DNA of 64,000 nucleotides from Escherichia coli (GTDB lineage Bacteria; Pseudomonadota; Gammaproteobacteria; Enterobacterales; Enterobacteriaceae): NCBI RefSeq assembly GCF_024298765.1, contig NZ_CP101210.1; one strand, 5' to 3'. Shown piece by piece: positions 1 to 13,488 of this stretch (position 1 is its first letter; each line of letters starts with the position of its first letter). The notes under the pieces were generated by a model. It saw only the letters and a program-made list of their open reading frames with translations, ran no database searches and was not told where the DNA came from. The position numbers and the translations under genes were made by a program.

Positions 1-1277
<1,277 letters not shown>

Positions 1278-1458
1278 AAAAGTTTGATGCTCAAAGAATT
1301 AAACTTCGTAATGAATTACGTGTTCACTCTTGAGACTTGGTATTCATTTTTCGTCTTGCGACGTTAAGAATCCGTATCTTCGAGTGCCCACACAGATTGT
1401 CTGATAAATTGTTAAAGAGCAGTGCCGCTTCGCTTTTTCTCAGCGGCGCGGGGTGTGC

Positions 1459-1486
1459 ATAATACGCTTTCCCGCTACAGAGTCAA
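1459..1486 (-). promoter_or_regulatory. rrn P2 promoter (-35 TTGACT, -10 TATTAT on minus strand)
   Basis: rc of 1459-1486 reads TTGACTctgtagcgggaaagcgTATTAT upstream of the 16S leader, which contains a boxA-like tgctctttaacaa. Confidence 0.75.
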
Positions 1487-1577
1487 GCATTTATTTTTGC
1501 TTTCTCTGCCGGAATTCTCAGGAGAACCCCGCTAACCCGGCGGCGTGTTTGCCGTTGTTCCGTGTCAGTGGTGGCGC

Positions 1578-1630
1578 ATTATAGGGAGTTATTCCGGCCT
1601 GACAAGAGGAAATTTAAAATAATTTTCTGA
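1578..1630 (-). promoter_or_regulatory. rrn P1 promoter with AT-rich UP element (-35 TTGTCA, -10 TATAAT)
   Basis: rc reads TTGTCAggccggaataactcccTATAAT with an AT-rich tract (aaatttaaaataatttt) directly upstream, as expected for rrn P1. Confidence 0.75.
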
Positions 1631-1757
1631 CCGCGCATTTTTTCAGCAAAAGCCCCGTTAATGTGCCATAAAACAAGCAATTTGCCGTTTTTGCAACCGT
1701 AATCACACTTCCTGGTGGCATACTAAGGAGGAATAAAAAGAAAAAGGAAGATTAGTA

Positions 1758-2450
1758 ATGCCTTTAAGCGCACAACAGTTAGCTGCACAGAAAAACCTTT
1801 CGTATGTTCTGGCTGAGAAGCTGGCGCAACGCATCTTAAAAGGTGAATATGAACCCGGCACCATTTTGCCTGGTGAGATTGAGCTGGGCGAGCAATTTGG
1901 AGTGAGTCGTACAGCGGTACGCGAAGCGGTCAAAACGTTAACGGCAAAAGGGATGGTTTTACCGCGACCGCGAATTGGTACCCGGGTCATGCCACAATCA
2001 AACTGGAATTTTCTTGATCAGGAATTGCTTACCTGGTGGATGACAGAAGAGAACTTTCATCAGGTCATCGATCACTTTCTGGTTATGCGTATCTGTCTGG
2101 AGCCGCAAGCTTGCCTACTGGCAGCAATGGTTGGCACCGCGGAACAGAAGGCGCATCTCAATACGTTAATGGCCGAAATGGTGGCATTAAAAGAGAACTT
2201 TCGCCGTGAACGCTGGATTGAGGTCGATATGGCCTGGCATGAGCATATCTATGAAATGAGCGCCAATCCGTTTTTGACCTCATTCGCCTCGCTCTTCCAT
2301 TCGGTTTATCACACTTACTTCACGTCAATTACCAGCGACACAGTGATAAAGCTGGATCTGCACCAGGCGATTGTTGACGCGATTATCCAAAGCGATGGCG
2401 ACGCGGCATTTAAAGCTTGTCAGGCGCTGCTACGCTCACCTGATAAGTGA
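1758..2450 (+). CDS. yieP: GntR/FadR-family transcriptional regulator
   Basis: 230 aa ORF with an N-terminal HTH and FadR-type C-terminal domain; strong RBS aggagg upstream; divergent from the rrn promoters as in E. coli. Confidence 0.9.
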   Translation: MPLSAQQLAAQKNLSYVLAEKLAQRILKGEYEPGTILPGEIELGEQFGVSRTAVREAVKTLTAKGMVLPRPRIGTRVMPQSNWNFLDQELLTWWMTEENFHQVIDHFLVMRICLEPQACLLAAMVGTAEQKAHLNTLMAEMVALKENFRRERWIEVDMAWHEHIYEMSANPFLTSFASLFHSVYHTYFTSITSDTVIKLDLHQAIVDAIIQSDGDAAFKACQALLRSPDK

Positions 2451-2472
2451 CACCCCGATAACAGGACATTGA

Positions 2473-3900
2473 ATGAGCGATAAAAAGAAGCGCAGTATGG
2501 CGGGTTTGCCGTGGATCGCGGCGATGGCCTTCTTCATGCAGGCACTTGATGCCACTATTCTGAATACCGCCTTACCCGCAATCGCTCATAGCCTTAATCG
2601 TTCTCCTCTCGCGATGCAATCAGCCATCATCAGTTATACGCTGACGGTGGCGATGCTTATTCCGGTAAGCGGATGGCTAGCCGATCGCTTCGGTACGCGT
2701 CGCATATTTACTCTTGCCGTGAGTCTGTTCACGTTGGGTTCTCTGGCCTGCGCACTTTCTAACTCGCTACCACAGCTGGTTGTCTTCCGGGTTATTCAGG
2801 GGATAGGCGGCGCAATGATGATGCCTGTTGCTCGGCTGGCCTTACTGCGCGCTTATCCTCGTAATGAGCTTCTTCCTGTATTGAATTTTGTCGCCATGCC
2901 GGGTCTGGTGGGGCCAATTTTAGGCCCCGTTCTTGGCGGCGTGCTGGTCACCTGGGCAACCTGGCACTGGATATTTTTAATCAATATCCCCATAGGTATT
3001 GCGGGCCTTCTTTACGCGCGCAAACATATGCCCAATTTCACCACCGCACGACGCAGATTCGATATCACTGGCTTTTTGCTGTTTGGCCTTAGCCTTGTTC
3101 TCTTCTCAAGCGGAATAGAGCTATTCGGGGAAAAGATTGTCGCCAGTTGGATTGCCTTGACGGTAATTGTCACCAGCATCGGGTTACTGCTTCTCTATAT
3201 TCTCCATGCACGACGCACGCCAAACCCATTAATTTCATTAGATTTATTTAAAACCCGCACTTTCTCGATCGGTATCGTAGGCAATATTGCAACCCGTCTG
3301 GGGACCGGTTGTGTACCGTTCCTTATGCCATTGATGTTACAGGTAGGATTTGGTTATCAGGCTTTTATTGCCGGCTGTATGATGGCACCGACAGCGTTAG
3401 GTTCCATTATTGCAAAATCGATGGTTACCCAAGTCTTACGTCGTCTGGGCTATCGCCATACGTTAGTTGGGATCACGGTGATTATTGGGCTAATGATCGC
3501 TCAGTTCTATTTGCAATCACCGGCAATGGCGATATGGATGCTGATCTTGCCGTTGTTTATATTAGGGATGGCTATGTCGACGCAATTTACCGCGATGAAT
3601 ACCATCACACTTGCCGATCTGACCGATGACAACGCCAGCAGCGGTAACAGTGTTCTGGCGGTCACGCAGCAACTGTCTATCAGTTTAGGCGTTGCTGTAA
3701 GTGCGGCCGTCCTTCGCGTTTATGAAGGGATGGAAGGCACAACGACAGTCGAACAATTCCACTATACGTTTATCACGATGGGCATTATTACTGTTGCTTC
3801 AGCAGCAATGTTCATGCTTCTGAAAACAACTGATGGTAATAATTTGATCAAAAGACAGCGTAAATCTAAGCCGAACCGCGTTCCATCAGAATCGGAGTAA
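2473..3900 (+). CDS. hsrA: MFS transporter (12-14 TM, drug/H+ antiporter family)
   Basis: 475 aa highly hydrophobic ORF downstream of yieP; recognised as HsrA/YieO. Confidence 0.9.
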
Positions 3901-4858
3901 GTTGTAATCGTTGTTGCTGAAGGGTCGGCTGGGTTATCCGATGGATGAGTACATCAATCGCCAGTTCCCCCAGTTCATCTTTCGGTTGGTGGATAGTGGT
4001 TAATGGTGGCGTCATAAAGCTTGCCAGTTCGATATCGTCATAGCCAATCACCGCGATATCCTGCGGAACCTGTAACTCTGCCTGATACAGCGCCTGGTAA
4101 ACGCCAACAGCCATAGCGTCATTTCCGGTAAAGACGGCCTGAGGACGCAGCGGATGTGATAACAGTTGGCGCATGGCGTCAAACCCGCCGTTAAATTCAA
4201 AATCACCAGTGACTTCATAGCCATCAGGAATGTTGAGACCCGCACGTTTCATCGCCGCCCGATAACCTTCCAACCGCAGGCGCGCCGGAGTTTTATCCAG
4301 CGGACCGGTAATACAGGCGATACGGGTATGACCTTTATCGATCAGATATTGCGTTGCTAAGTCTCCGCCCAGCAACGAGTTATCCTGAATAAGATCGCTG
4401 TCGCCATCGAACGGAGCCCAGTCCATCATCACAGTAGGCACTGTCGGATAACGTTGCATGATTTCACGCGAAGGTTGATGCGTTTCGGTGCACAGTAACA
4501 GCAAGCCATCAACGCGTTTTTGCATCAGCGTTTCCAGATTGCGATTCATCCGCTGTTCATCGCCTTCGGTATTGCAAAGGACGAGACTATAACCGCGTTC
4601 GAAGCAGCTGCGTTCAACGCCACGCACCAGTTCTGAATAGAAAGGATTGGTACTGGCAGTGATCAACATGCCAATGGTATGTGTTTGATTGAGTTTGAGG
4701 CTACGCGCCAGGGCTGATGGCGCGTAATTGAGTTCTTTAATCGCCGCTTCAACTTTGGCGGTAATCGCTTCACTGACGAAGCGATCTTTATTGATAACGT
4801 GAGAAACTGTTGAGGTAGAAACGCCCGCCAGGCGGGCAACATCTTTCATTGTAGCCAA
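3866..4858 (-). CDS. rbsR: Ribose operon repressor, LacI family
   Basis: 330 aa; N-terminal LacI-type HTH ([23 protein letters not shown]); last gene of the rbs operon; 3' end overlaps hsrA 3' end convergently. Confidence 0.95.
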
Positions 4859-4861
4859 GCG

Positions 4862-5791
4862 TCACCTCTGCCTGTCTAAAAATGCGTCGATCTCTTCACG
4901 CCACGGTACGGAAGGTTGTGCGCCTTTACGTGTTACGGCAATCGCAGCGGCAGCATGGGCAAACCGAATCGCCTCTGGCAATGGTTTTTCTTCCAGCAAC
5001 GCCGTGATTAACGCGCCGTTAAAGGTATCTCCGGCAGCAATGGTATCGACAGCCTGCACCCGGAATCCAGGAACGCGCTGACCTTCACCATTCACGCTAG
5101 CCCATACACCACGACTTCCTAAAGTAATCAGTACAGTACGGATACCTTTTTCATGCAGTACCTGCGCCGCCTTCGCTGCATCTTCATCATTTTCAACACG
5201 AATACCGGTGAGCTTTTCTGCTTCCGTTTCGTTTGGCGTAATAATGTCCACCAGCGCCAGCAGTTCGTCAGGAAGTTCGCGAGCCGGAGCCGGGTTAAGC
5301 GCAACGATAGTCTTATTTTGATGGGCGATTTTCGCCGCTGCCATCACACTTTCGAGTGGTGATTCCAGCTGCATTAATAATGCTGACGCGTTGGCAATAC
5401 GCTCACGTTGCGCTTCCACCAGCGCCGGGGAAAGGGCAGCATTAGCGCCGGCATGAATACCAATGACATTCTCACCTTCGCCATTAACAAAAATCAGCGC
5501 CACACCTGTTGATTCGCCTTTGATCACGCTGACCGGAGAAATATCGATGTTATCAGTGGCGAGCTGCTGGCGAACGCTCTCGCCAATGCTGTCATCGCCA
5601 GTACAGGCAATAAACGCGATATTCGCACCGCTACGCCCAGCAGCCACAGCCTGATTCGCGCCTTTGCCGCCAAATGCAACCTGATAGTGGTTACCGGTTA
5701 CGGTTTCGCCTGGGGTAGGAAAAGATTGAAGATTAAGAATGTGGTCAGCATTAATGCTGCCAAGAACAACGAGGCTGCCTGCGTTTTGCAT
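4862..5791 (-). CDS. rbsK: Ribokinase
   Basis: PfkB-family sugar kinase. The track ORF starts at a GTG at 5818; I place the start at the ATG at 5791 (MQNAGSLVVLGSINADH), giving 309 aa. Confidence 0.9.
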   Translation of the reverse strand: MQNAGSLVVLGSINADHILNLQSFPTPGETVTGNHYQVAFGGKGANQAVAAGRSGANIAFIACTGDDSIGESVRQQLATDNIDISPVSVIKGESTGVALIFVNGEGENVIGIHAGANAALSPALVEAQRERIANASALLMQLESPLESVMAAAKIAHQNKTIVALNPAPARELPDELLALVDIITPNETEAEKLTGIRVENDEDAAKAAQVLHEKGIRTVLITLGSRGVWASVNGEGQRVPGFRVQAVDTIAAGDTFNGALITALLEEKPLPEAIRFAHAAAAIAVTRKGAQPSVPWREEIDAFLDRQR

Positions 5792-5916
5792 ATTCGGGAT
5801 GTCCATAAAATGCGCCACCGTGTTAGGGTGGCGCGTGCCCTGCTTTTCTTTATATTACACGTTCATCTGTCGATGCCGTATTTATGTCACCATCAGGTCA
5901 TACAACCTGATTAAAA

Positions 5917-6807
5917 CTACTGCTTAACAACCAGTTTCAGATCAACCGGATACTTAGCCTGAACTTTCTCGCCTTTCAGTACTTTATCTGCGGTTTCGAC
6001 GCCTTTCGCGCCAATCTGATCGGGTAGCTGAGCGATAGTCGCTGCTAGTTTGCCATCATTCACCGCTTTTTCGCCATCCGGTGTACCATCAAATCCGACG
6101 ACCATCACATCCGATTTACCGGCAGTTTGCAGTGCGCGCAGCGCGCCCAGCGCCATTTCATCATTCTGCGCGAATACAGCCTGAACATCCGGATGTGCGG
6201 TCAACAGGTTCTGCATTACGTTCAAACCTTTGGTGCGATCAAAATCTGCTGGCTGGCTGGCAAGAACATTAAACTTGTGAGCAGCAACAGCCTGCTGGAA
6301 GCCTTCGCCACGTTCACGGGCTGCGGATGTACCAGCAATGCCTTGCAGCTCGATAACTTTGGCACCTTCGCCCGCTTTCTTCGCGATGTAATCACCGGCG
6401 ATTTTGCCGCCAAGTACGTTATCAGAAGCAATGTGGCTCACCACTTCACCTTTCGTTGCCTGGCGGTCAAGAGTGATAACCGGGATGTTCGCCTGGTTAG
6501 CCATCTTCACAGCATTACCCACTGCGTCGGAGTCGGTCGGGTTAATCAGCAGAATTTTGGTGCCGCGAACGGTTAAGTCCTGTACGTTCGCCAGCTCTTT
6601 CGCCGGGTTGTTCTGGGAGTCCAGCACCACCAGGTTATAACCAAGTTTATCCGCCTCTTTCTGCGCGCCATCTTTCAGCGATACAAAGAACGGGTTGTTA
6701 AGCGTGGAGACCACCAGCGCGATGGTGTCTTTTGCCATCGCATTCGCACTGACGGTGGCGCTTAGCGCAACAGCGGAAACCAGGGTAGCCAGTTTTTTCA
6801 TGTTCAT
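5917..6807 (-). CDS. rbsB: Ribose ABC transporter periplasmic binding protein
   Basis: Signal peptide followed by a periplasmic binding fold; start placed at the ATG at 6807 ([10 protein letters not shown]), 296 aa; the track extends to a TTG at 6813. Confidence 0.92.
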   Translation of the reverse strand: MNMKKLATLVSAVALSATVSANAMAKDTIALVVSTLNNPFFVSLKDGAQKEADKLGYNLVVLDSQNNPAKELANVQDLTVRGTKILLINPTDSDAVGNAVKMANQANIPVITLDRQATKGEVVSHIASDNVLGGKIAGDYIAKKAGEGAKVIELQGIAGTSAARERGEGFQQAVAAHKFNVLASQPADFDRTKGLNVMQNLLTAHPDVQAVFAQNDEMALGALRALQTAGKSDVMVVGFDGTPDGEKAVNDGKLAATIAQLPDQIGAKGVETADKVLKGEKVQAKYPVDLKLVVKQ

Positions 6808-6831
6808 ATTCAAGATGTCCTGTAGTCGTTA

Positions 6832-7797
6832 TTACTGCTTTTTGTTGTCTACCAGCACCGCCAGCAAAATCACCACCGCTTTGACGATCATCTGGTAATA
6901 GGAGGAAACACCTAACAAATTCAATCCATTATTAAGGAAGCCAAGAATTAATGCACCGATCAACGTTCCAACAATGCGACCTTTTCCGCCCGCCAGACTC
7001 GTACCGCCCAGAACCACCGCAGCAATAGCATCCAGCTCATAGCCAGTCCCCGCCGTGGGTTGTGCGGAGGAGAGACGCGCCACTTCAATGATCCCGGCCA
7101 GCGATGCCAGCAGACCACAAAGAGAATAGACGATGATTTTGATTTTATTGACGTTGATACCAGAAAGACGCGTTGCCGCTTCGTTGCCGCCCAGCGCGTA
7201 GATGTAACGCCCCAAACGCGTGTGATGCAGCATGTACCAGGCCGCGAGGAAGACAATACCCATGATCCAGACTGGCGTCGGTACGCCCAGCGGACGACCA
7301 ATACCAAACCAGCCAAACAGATCGGCGTTCTCAGTAAAGCCGGTATTCACTGGGCTACCGTTGGTATAAACCATGGTCACGCCGCGCAGTAAAAGCATCA
7401 TAACCAGCGTAGCGATAAACGCCTGGACGCGACCTTTCGCTACAATCACCCCGGTTACCGCACCAATTGCGGCACCTAACGCGAGAGCAGCAGCAACAGC
7501 CACCAGCGCATTGACTTCAATGCCAACGATAGATGCAGCAACTGCGCCGGTCAGCGCCAACAGAGAACCTACCGACAAGTCGATGCCCGACGTCAGGATC
7601 ACCAGCGTCATCCCGACTGCCATAATGGCGTTCACCGAGGTTTGCTGGAGAATATTGAATAAGTTATTGATGGTGAAAAAGTTCGGACTTAACGTCGAGA
7701 CAATCGCGATCAGCACCAGCAGAGCGATAAGCGATTTCTGCTCCATCAGCCACGCTTTCGTGAAATAACGGCGACCAGAGACAGTCTGGGTTGTCAT
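6832..7797 (-). CDS. rbsC: Ribose ABC transporter permease
   Basis: 321 aa polytopic membrane protein between rbsB and rbsA. Confidence 0.93.
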   Translation of the reverse strand: MTTQTVSGRRYFTKAWLMEQKSLIALLVLIAIVSTLSPNFFTINNLFNILQQTSVNAIMAVGMTLVILTSGIDLSVGSLLALTGAVAASIVGIEVNALVAVAAALALGAAIGAVTGVIVAKGRVQAFIATLVMMLLLRGVTMVYTNGSPVNTGFTENADLFGWFGIGRPLGVPTPVWIMGIVFLAAWYMLHHTRLGRYIYALGGNEAATRLSGINVNKIKIIVYSLCGLLASLAGIIEVARLSSAQPTAGTGYELDAIAAVVLGGTSLAGGKGRIVGTLIGALILGFLNNGLNLLGVSSYYQMIVKAVVILLAVLVDNKKQ

Positions 7798-7801
7798 TTT
7801 T

Positions 7802-9307
7802 TTACTCCTGATTCACGCGATTAAGCTTGCCCACAGCGGCAGCCATTAACACTTCCTGGGTGGCCTGCTCACGAGTAAATTCCCCGCTGAGATGCCCTTC
7901 ATGCATGACGATGATGCGATCGCTCATGCCTAATACTTCTGGCATCTCCGATGACACCAGAATGATGCTCAAGCCATCGGCTTTGAACTGGTTAATCAGT
8001 TGATAGATCTCTTTTTTCGCGCCGACATCTACGCCACGGGTAGGCTCATCGAGGATCAACACTTTGGGGCGTGTCATCAGACCACGGGCAATCGCCACTT
8101 TTTGCTGATTGCCACCGGAAAGCAGACCAATTGCCTGTTCCATCGACGGCGTTTTCACATTAAACAGACGAATGAAATCACTTACTGCCTGCTGTTCATC
8201 GGCATGCTTCAAACTGCCGCCAGCGCGGCTGAAGTAGCGCAGCGCGGTCAGCGACATATTCTCTTTTACTGACATGCCCAGCACTAAACCGTCACGTTTA
8301 CGGTCTTCGGAGATATACACAATGCCGTTTGCCAGGCCATCCTGTGGTGAACGGGTAACGACTTCATGCCCATCCAGGGTGACGTAACCGCTGGTGCGCG
8401 GCAGTGCGCCGTAGAGCACTTTCATCAGTTCAGTACGACCTGCGCCCATCAAACCAGAGACGCCAAGGATTTCGCCTTTGCGTAAAGTAAAAGAGACATC
8501 GTTAACGCCAGGTCCGCAGAGATTATCGACTTTCAGGCGAATATCTCCCGGCGCTTTGTCCAGGTGTGGATATTGATCTTCCAGCTTGCGGCCCACCATC
8601 ATCTCAATCAGCGAATCTTCGGTCAGTGATGCTACTTCACGCTCAGCAATAAATTGCCCGTCACGAAAAACGGTAACGTCATCGCAAATCTCGAAGATTT
8701 CTTTCATGCGGTGGGAAATATAGACAATACCGCGGCCTTGCGATTTCAGCTCGCGGATGACGCGGAACAAGGATTCGGTTTCGGTATCGGTCAGCGCATC
8801 GGTCGGTTCATCCATAATGATGACTTTCGACTCAAAGCTCAGCACTTTGGCTATTTCAACCATTTGCTGGTCACCGATGGAAAGATCGCCCACCAGCTTG
8901 TCGCTTTTAAAGCGCAGGTTAAGTTTAGCCAGCAATTTATCCGCTTCGGCATACATGGTTTTCCAGTCAATTTTGCCAAAGCGATTAACAAACTCACGAC
9001 CGAGGAAAATGTTTTCGGCAATGGTCAACTGCGGGATCAGGTTCAGTTCCTGATGGATAATCCCAATCCCGGCTTCCTGGGAAGATTTCGGCCCGGTAAA
9101 CGTCGTTTCTTTCCCCAGCCATAAAAGCGTACCGGCATCGCGAGTATAGATACCCGTAAGCACTTTCATCATGGTGGATTTACCCGCACCGTTTTCGCCC
9201 ACCAGCGCCATCACACGGCCCGGATAGACATTTAACGCTGCGCCCGAGAGGGCTTTTACGCCCGGGAAGGCTTTATCGATGCCTTTAAGCTGAAGTAATG
9301 CTTCCAT
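7802..9307 (-). CDS. rbsA: Ribose ABC transporter ATP-binding protein (duplicated ABC domains)
   Basis: 501 aa with two Walker A motifs (GENGAGKST and a second ABC domain carrying LSGGNQQK). Confidence 0.95.
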
Positions 9308-9314
9308 GACGGCC

Positions 9315-9734
9315 TCAGAACGTCACGCCAGCACAGAGAATGATATTCGCATACGGAGAACATTCTCCGCTGCGAATTACCGCCTGACTTTCTGCGGTTT
9401 GTTGTTTGAATTGTTCATGCGTGGTGTAACGAATTTCAATGGTATTTCCCTGGTGTTGTTGCAGCTGCTCAAGGTGAGTGAGCAACGTTTCGTGGAGATG
9501 CGGATTATGTTGTTTGATCTCTTCCGCGATAATGGCCGCCTCGACCTGCATTTCATTTGTGACGACGCCCAGCACCTGCATAAAAGAAGGTACACCCTGG
9601 GTTAATGCCATATCGATACGCGTTGTACTTTTGGGGATGGGTAAACCAGCATCACACACCACCAGCGTATCGGTATGTCCCAGACGGGAGATCACCGATG
9701 AAATATCAGAATTAAGAACGGTGCCTTTTTTCAT
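9315..9734 (-). CDS. rbsD: D-ribose pyranase
   Basis: Start placed at the ATG at 9734 ([10 protein letters not shown]), 139 aa; first gene of the rbs operon. Confidence 0.9.
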
Positions 9735-9745
9735 TTTTTTCTCCA

Positions 9746-9765
9746 TCAGCGAAACGTTTCGCTGA
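9746..9765. promoter_or_regulatory. Perfect 20-bp palindrome tcagcgaaacgtttcgctga, candidate RbsR operator
   Basis: Perfect inverted repeat seen directly in sequence about 12 bp upstream of the rbsD start; LacI-family operators are palindromes of this kind. Confidence 0.7.
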
Positions 9766-9900
9766 CCCGCAGTTTAATCCTGACTGAGTTGGGAAAACCA
9801 TCGTGACGTTACGGAAATGTGATCAACCTCGAAACGTTTTACATGGTGATTAACCATGAAAACAAAAACGCCCCCTTATGGAGAAAGGAGGCGTCTGGCG

Positions 9901-11769
9901 TTAGATTTCGACCTGAGTACCCAGTTCGATAACCCTGTTTGGTGGGATTTCAAATTGATCCGGCGCACGCAGCGCATTACGTTGCAGCAGCAAGTACAGC
10001 TTGCCGCGCAGACGCAAATACCACGGGCGTTTGCCGAGGATCAACGACTCATGCGACATAAAGAAGGAGGTTTCCATCATCCGGCAACTTAATCCTTCCA
10101 GACCGCAGCGGTGGAAAACTTCTTCCACGTTTGGCGTTTCTCGCCAACCATAACTTGCCACCACGCGCCAGAAAGTGGGCGACAGTTGTTCAATCTGTAC
10201 CCGACGGACGTTATGGACATATGGCGCGTCTTCGGTGCGCAGAGTTAACAGAATCACCCGCTCATGCAATACCTTGTTATGTTTCAGGTTATGCATCAGC
10301 GCAAAGGGAATGACGTTGATTGCACGCGACATATACACCGCGGTCCCAGGCACGCGAACGGGCGGTGATTTCTCCAGCGAAGCAATCATCGCTTCCAGAG
10401 AGTTACCATGTTCATGCATCCGCCGCAGCAAGCGGAAACGCTCGCTCTTCCAGGTGGTCATCACGATAAACATCACCGTACCGAGGCTCAATGGCAACCA
10501 GCCGCCGGAGAGCAGTTTATCGAGGTTAGCGGTGAACAAGGGAATATCGACACAAAGGAAAGCAATCAGGATCAGCACAACAAAATACTTATTCCAGTGC
10601 CAGTTCTGACGTGCCACGGTAGTCGAGAGAATAGACGTCAGCACCATGGTTCCGGTCACCGCAATCCCGTACGCCGCCGCCAGGTTGCTGGAGTGCTCAA
10701 AGCTGACAATCACAATCACGACCGCGACATAGAGCATCCAGTTCACAAAGGGAATATAGATTTGCCCTGACTCCATTTCGGAAGTGTGAATAATGCGCAT
10801 CGGCGACAAATATCCCAGACGTACCGCCTGACGCGTCAATGAGAAGACGCCAGAGATAACCGCCTGCGAGGCAATTACCGTCGCCAGTGCGGCGATGATC
10901 AGCAGCGGGATCAGCGCCCAGTCCGGTGCCAACAGGAAGAACGGGTTCTTAATCGCTTCCGGATTCTTTAACAACAGCGCTCCCTGGCCGAAGTAATTAA
11001 GGGTTAAGGAAGGCAATACGACGGTGAACCACGCCAGACGAATAGGGAACTTACCAAAGTGCCCCATATCAGCATACAGCGCCTCGACCCCCGTAATCGA
11101 CAGCACCACTGCCCCTAATGCAATAAAAGAAACCGTTTTGTATTCAAGGAAGAAATGCACCGCCCACATCGGATTCAGTGCATGCAGCACTTCCGGGTTA
11201 GCAATAATGCTACGTAACCCCAGCCCTGCCAGAATCAAAAACCAGGTCAGCATGATCGGCGCAAACAGCTTACCGACCATAGCCGTGCCATGTTTTTGAA
11301 TCATGAATAATAATGTGAGAACGATAATTGAGAGGGGAACTATCCAGGTATCCAGCTGCGGGGCGACGATTTCCAGACCTTCAATGGCGGACATCACCGA
11401 AATAGCGGGTGTTATGACGACTTCACCATAGAAAAAGCTGCCGCCGATTAGCCCCATAATCACCAGCATTGATGTGGTTCGCGCCGACGTATTACGCCCG
11501 GCAAGCGACATCAACGTCAGGATCCCCCCTTCACCGGCGTTATCTGCCCGCATCACGAAGGTGAGATATTTAATGGAAACCACAAAGATTAGCAGCCAGA
11601 AGATCAGCGATAAAAAGCCAAACACGGCATCGCGTTCAACGCCAAAACCAAACTGGCCGGACAAACATTCACGAAGTGTATATAACGGGCTGGTACCAAT
11701 ATCGCCGTAGACAACTCCAATCGCCGCGAGGGTAATCGCGGGCAATGATTGCTTATTATCAGTGCTCAT
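9901..11769 (-). CDS. kup: Low-affinity K+ uptake transporter (KUP family)
   Basis: 622 aa; hydrophobic N-terminal domain with a soluble C-terminal domain; recognised as Kup/TrkD. Confidence 0.95.
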   Translation of the reverse strand: MSTDNKQSLPAITLAAIGVVYGDIGTSPLYTLRECLSGQFGFGVERDAVFGFLSLIFWLLIFVVSIKYLTFVMRADNAGEGGILTLMSLAGRNTSARTTSMLVIMGLIGGSFFYGEVVITPAISVMSAIEGLEIVAPQLDTWIVPLSIIVLTLLFMIQKHGTAMVGKLFAPIMLTWFLILAGLGLRSIIANPEVLHALNPMWAVHFFLEYKTVSFIALGAVVLSITGVEALYADMGHFGKFPIRLAWFTVVLPSLTLNYFGQGALLLKNPEAIKNPFFLLAPDWALIPLLIIAALATVIASQAVISGVFSLTRQAVRLGYLSPMRIIHTSEMESGQIYIPFVNWMLYVAVVIVIVSFEHSSNLAAAYGIAVTGTMVLTSILSTTVARQNWHWNKYFVVLILIAFLCVDIPLFTANLDKLLSGGWLPLSLGTVMFIVMTTWKSERFRLLRRMHEHGNSLEAMIASLEKSPPVRVPGTAVYMSRAINVIPFALMHNLKHNKVLHERVILLTLRTEDAPYVHNVRRVQIEQLSPTFWRVVASYGWRETPNVEEVFHRCGLEGLSCRMMETSFFMSHESLILGKRPWYLRLRGKLYLLLQRNALRAPDQFEIPPNRVIELGTQVEI

Positions 11770-11991
11770 AGACTAGTCTTTCGTTGAAATATGAAATGTG
11801 TGCTTAGTCCCTTGGCCCACAAAAAAGCGCACAGTATGCACGATTAACGGCAAAATCGTACTCCTAAATGCGGCCACATTAACCTGGCTCAAAGAAAAAT
11901 ACCCCCCCTTTGAGACTATTTTAGCCACCAGCAAGAAACGTCTATACTCGCAATTTACGCAGAACTTTTGACGAAAGGACGCCACTTCATT

Positions 11992-13488
11992 ATGGCTCAC
12001 CCTCATTTATTAGCGGAAAGAATTTCCCGCCTGAGCAGTTCGTTGGAAAAGGGGCTTTATGAACGTAGCCACGCCATCCGCTTGTGTTTATTAGCGGCAT
12101 TAAGTGGTGAAAGTGTGTTCCTCCTTGGCCCGCCAGGTATTGCCAAAAGTTTGATCGCCCGGCGCTTAAAATTCGCCTTTCAGAATGCCCGCGCGTTTGA
12201 ATATCTGATGACTCGCTTCTCCACGCCGGAAGAGGTTTTTGGTCCCCTTTCTATTCAGGCGCTAAAAGATGAAGGGCGCTATGAACGTTTAACCAGCGGT
12301 TACCTGCCGGAAGCAGAAATCGTCTTTCTGGATGAGATCTGGAAAGCGGGTCCGGCAATTCTTAATACCCTGCTCACCGCCATTAACGAGCGCCAGTTCC
12401 GCAACGGTGCACACGTAGAAAAAATCCCGATGCGCCTGCTGGTGGCGGCCTCCAACGAGCTGCCGGAAGCAGACAGCAGTCTGGAAGCGTTATATGACCG
12501 CATGCTGATTCGTCTGTGGTTAGATAAAGTGCAGGATAAAGCGAATTTCCGCTCCATGCTGACCAGTCAACAGGATGAAAACGACAATCCGGTTCCTGCC
12601 TCCTTGCAGGTCACAGATGAAGAATATGAACGCTGGCAGAAAGAGATTGGTGAAATTACGCTGCCCGATCATGTATTTGAGCTGATTTTTATGCTGCGCC
12701 AGCAACTGGATAAATTACCGGATGCGCCTTATGTCTCGGATCGTCGCTGGAAAAAAGCGATCCGCTTATTGCAGGCCAGCGCCTTTTTTAGCGGTCGCAG
12801 TGCCGTTGCCCCGGTAGATCTCATTTTGCTGAAAGATTGCCTGTGGTATGACGCGCAAAGCCTGAATTTGATACAACAACAAATTGATGTATTGATGACC
12901 GGTCATGCCTGGCAACAGCAAGGGATGTTGACCCGCCTGGGCGCGATTGTGCAACGTCACCTGCAACTCCAGCAGCAACAAAGCGATAAAACAGCCTTAA
13001 CGGTAATTCGTCTGGGCGGCATTTTCAGCCGTCGTCAGCAGTATCAACTTCCTGTTAACGTTACTGCTTCCACTCTGACTCTGCTGCTGCAAAAACCGTT
13101 AAAACTGCATGATATGGAAGTGGTTCATATCTCCTTTGAGCGTAACGCGCTGGAACAGTGGCTGAGTAAAGGTGGTGAAATTCGCGGCAAACTGAACGGT
13201 ATTGGCTTTGCCCAGAAACTGAATCTGGAAGTTGATAGTGCCCAACATCTTGTTGTACGCGATATAAGTTTACAAGGCAGTACGCTGGCACTTCCCGGTT
13301 CATCGGCTGAAGGTCTACCAGGTGAAATAAAACAACAACTGGAAGAGCTTGAAAGCGACTGGCGCAAGCAACACGCTTTATTCAGCGAACAGCAAAAATG
13401 TCTGTTTATCCCTGGCGACTGGTTAGGTCGCATTGAAGCCAGCCTACAGGATGTCGGTGCACAGATTCGCCAGGCACAACAATGCTAA
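11992..13488 (+). CDS. ravA: MoxR-family AAA+ ATPase
   Basis: Walker A GPPGIAKS; start placed at the ATG at 11992 ([10 protein letters not shown]) with RBS aaagga upstream; 498 aa. Confidence 0.93.

Noticed and set aside
3309-3629. 106-aa ORF in an alternate plus-strand frame
   Set aside because: Embedded within hsrA in a different frame; no independent support.
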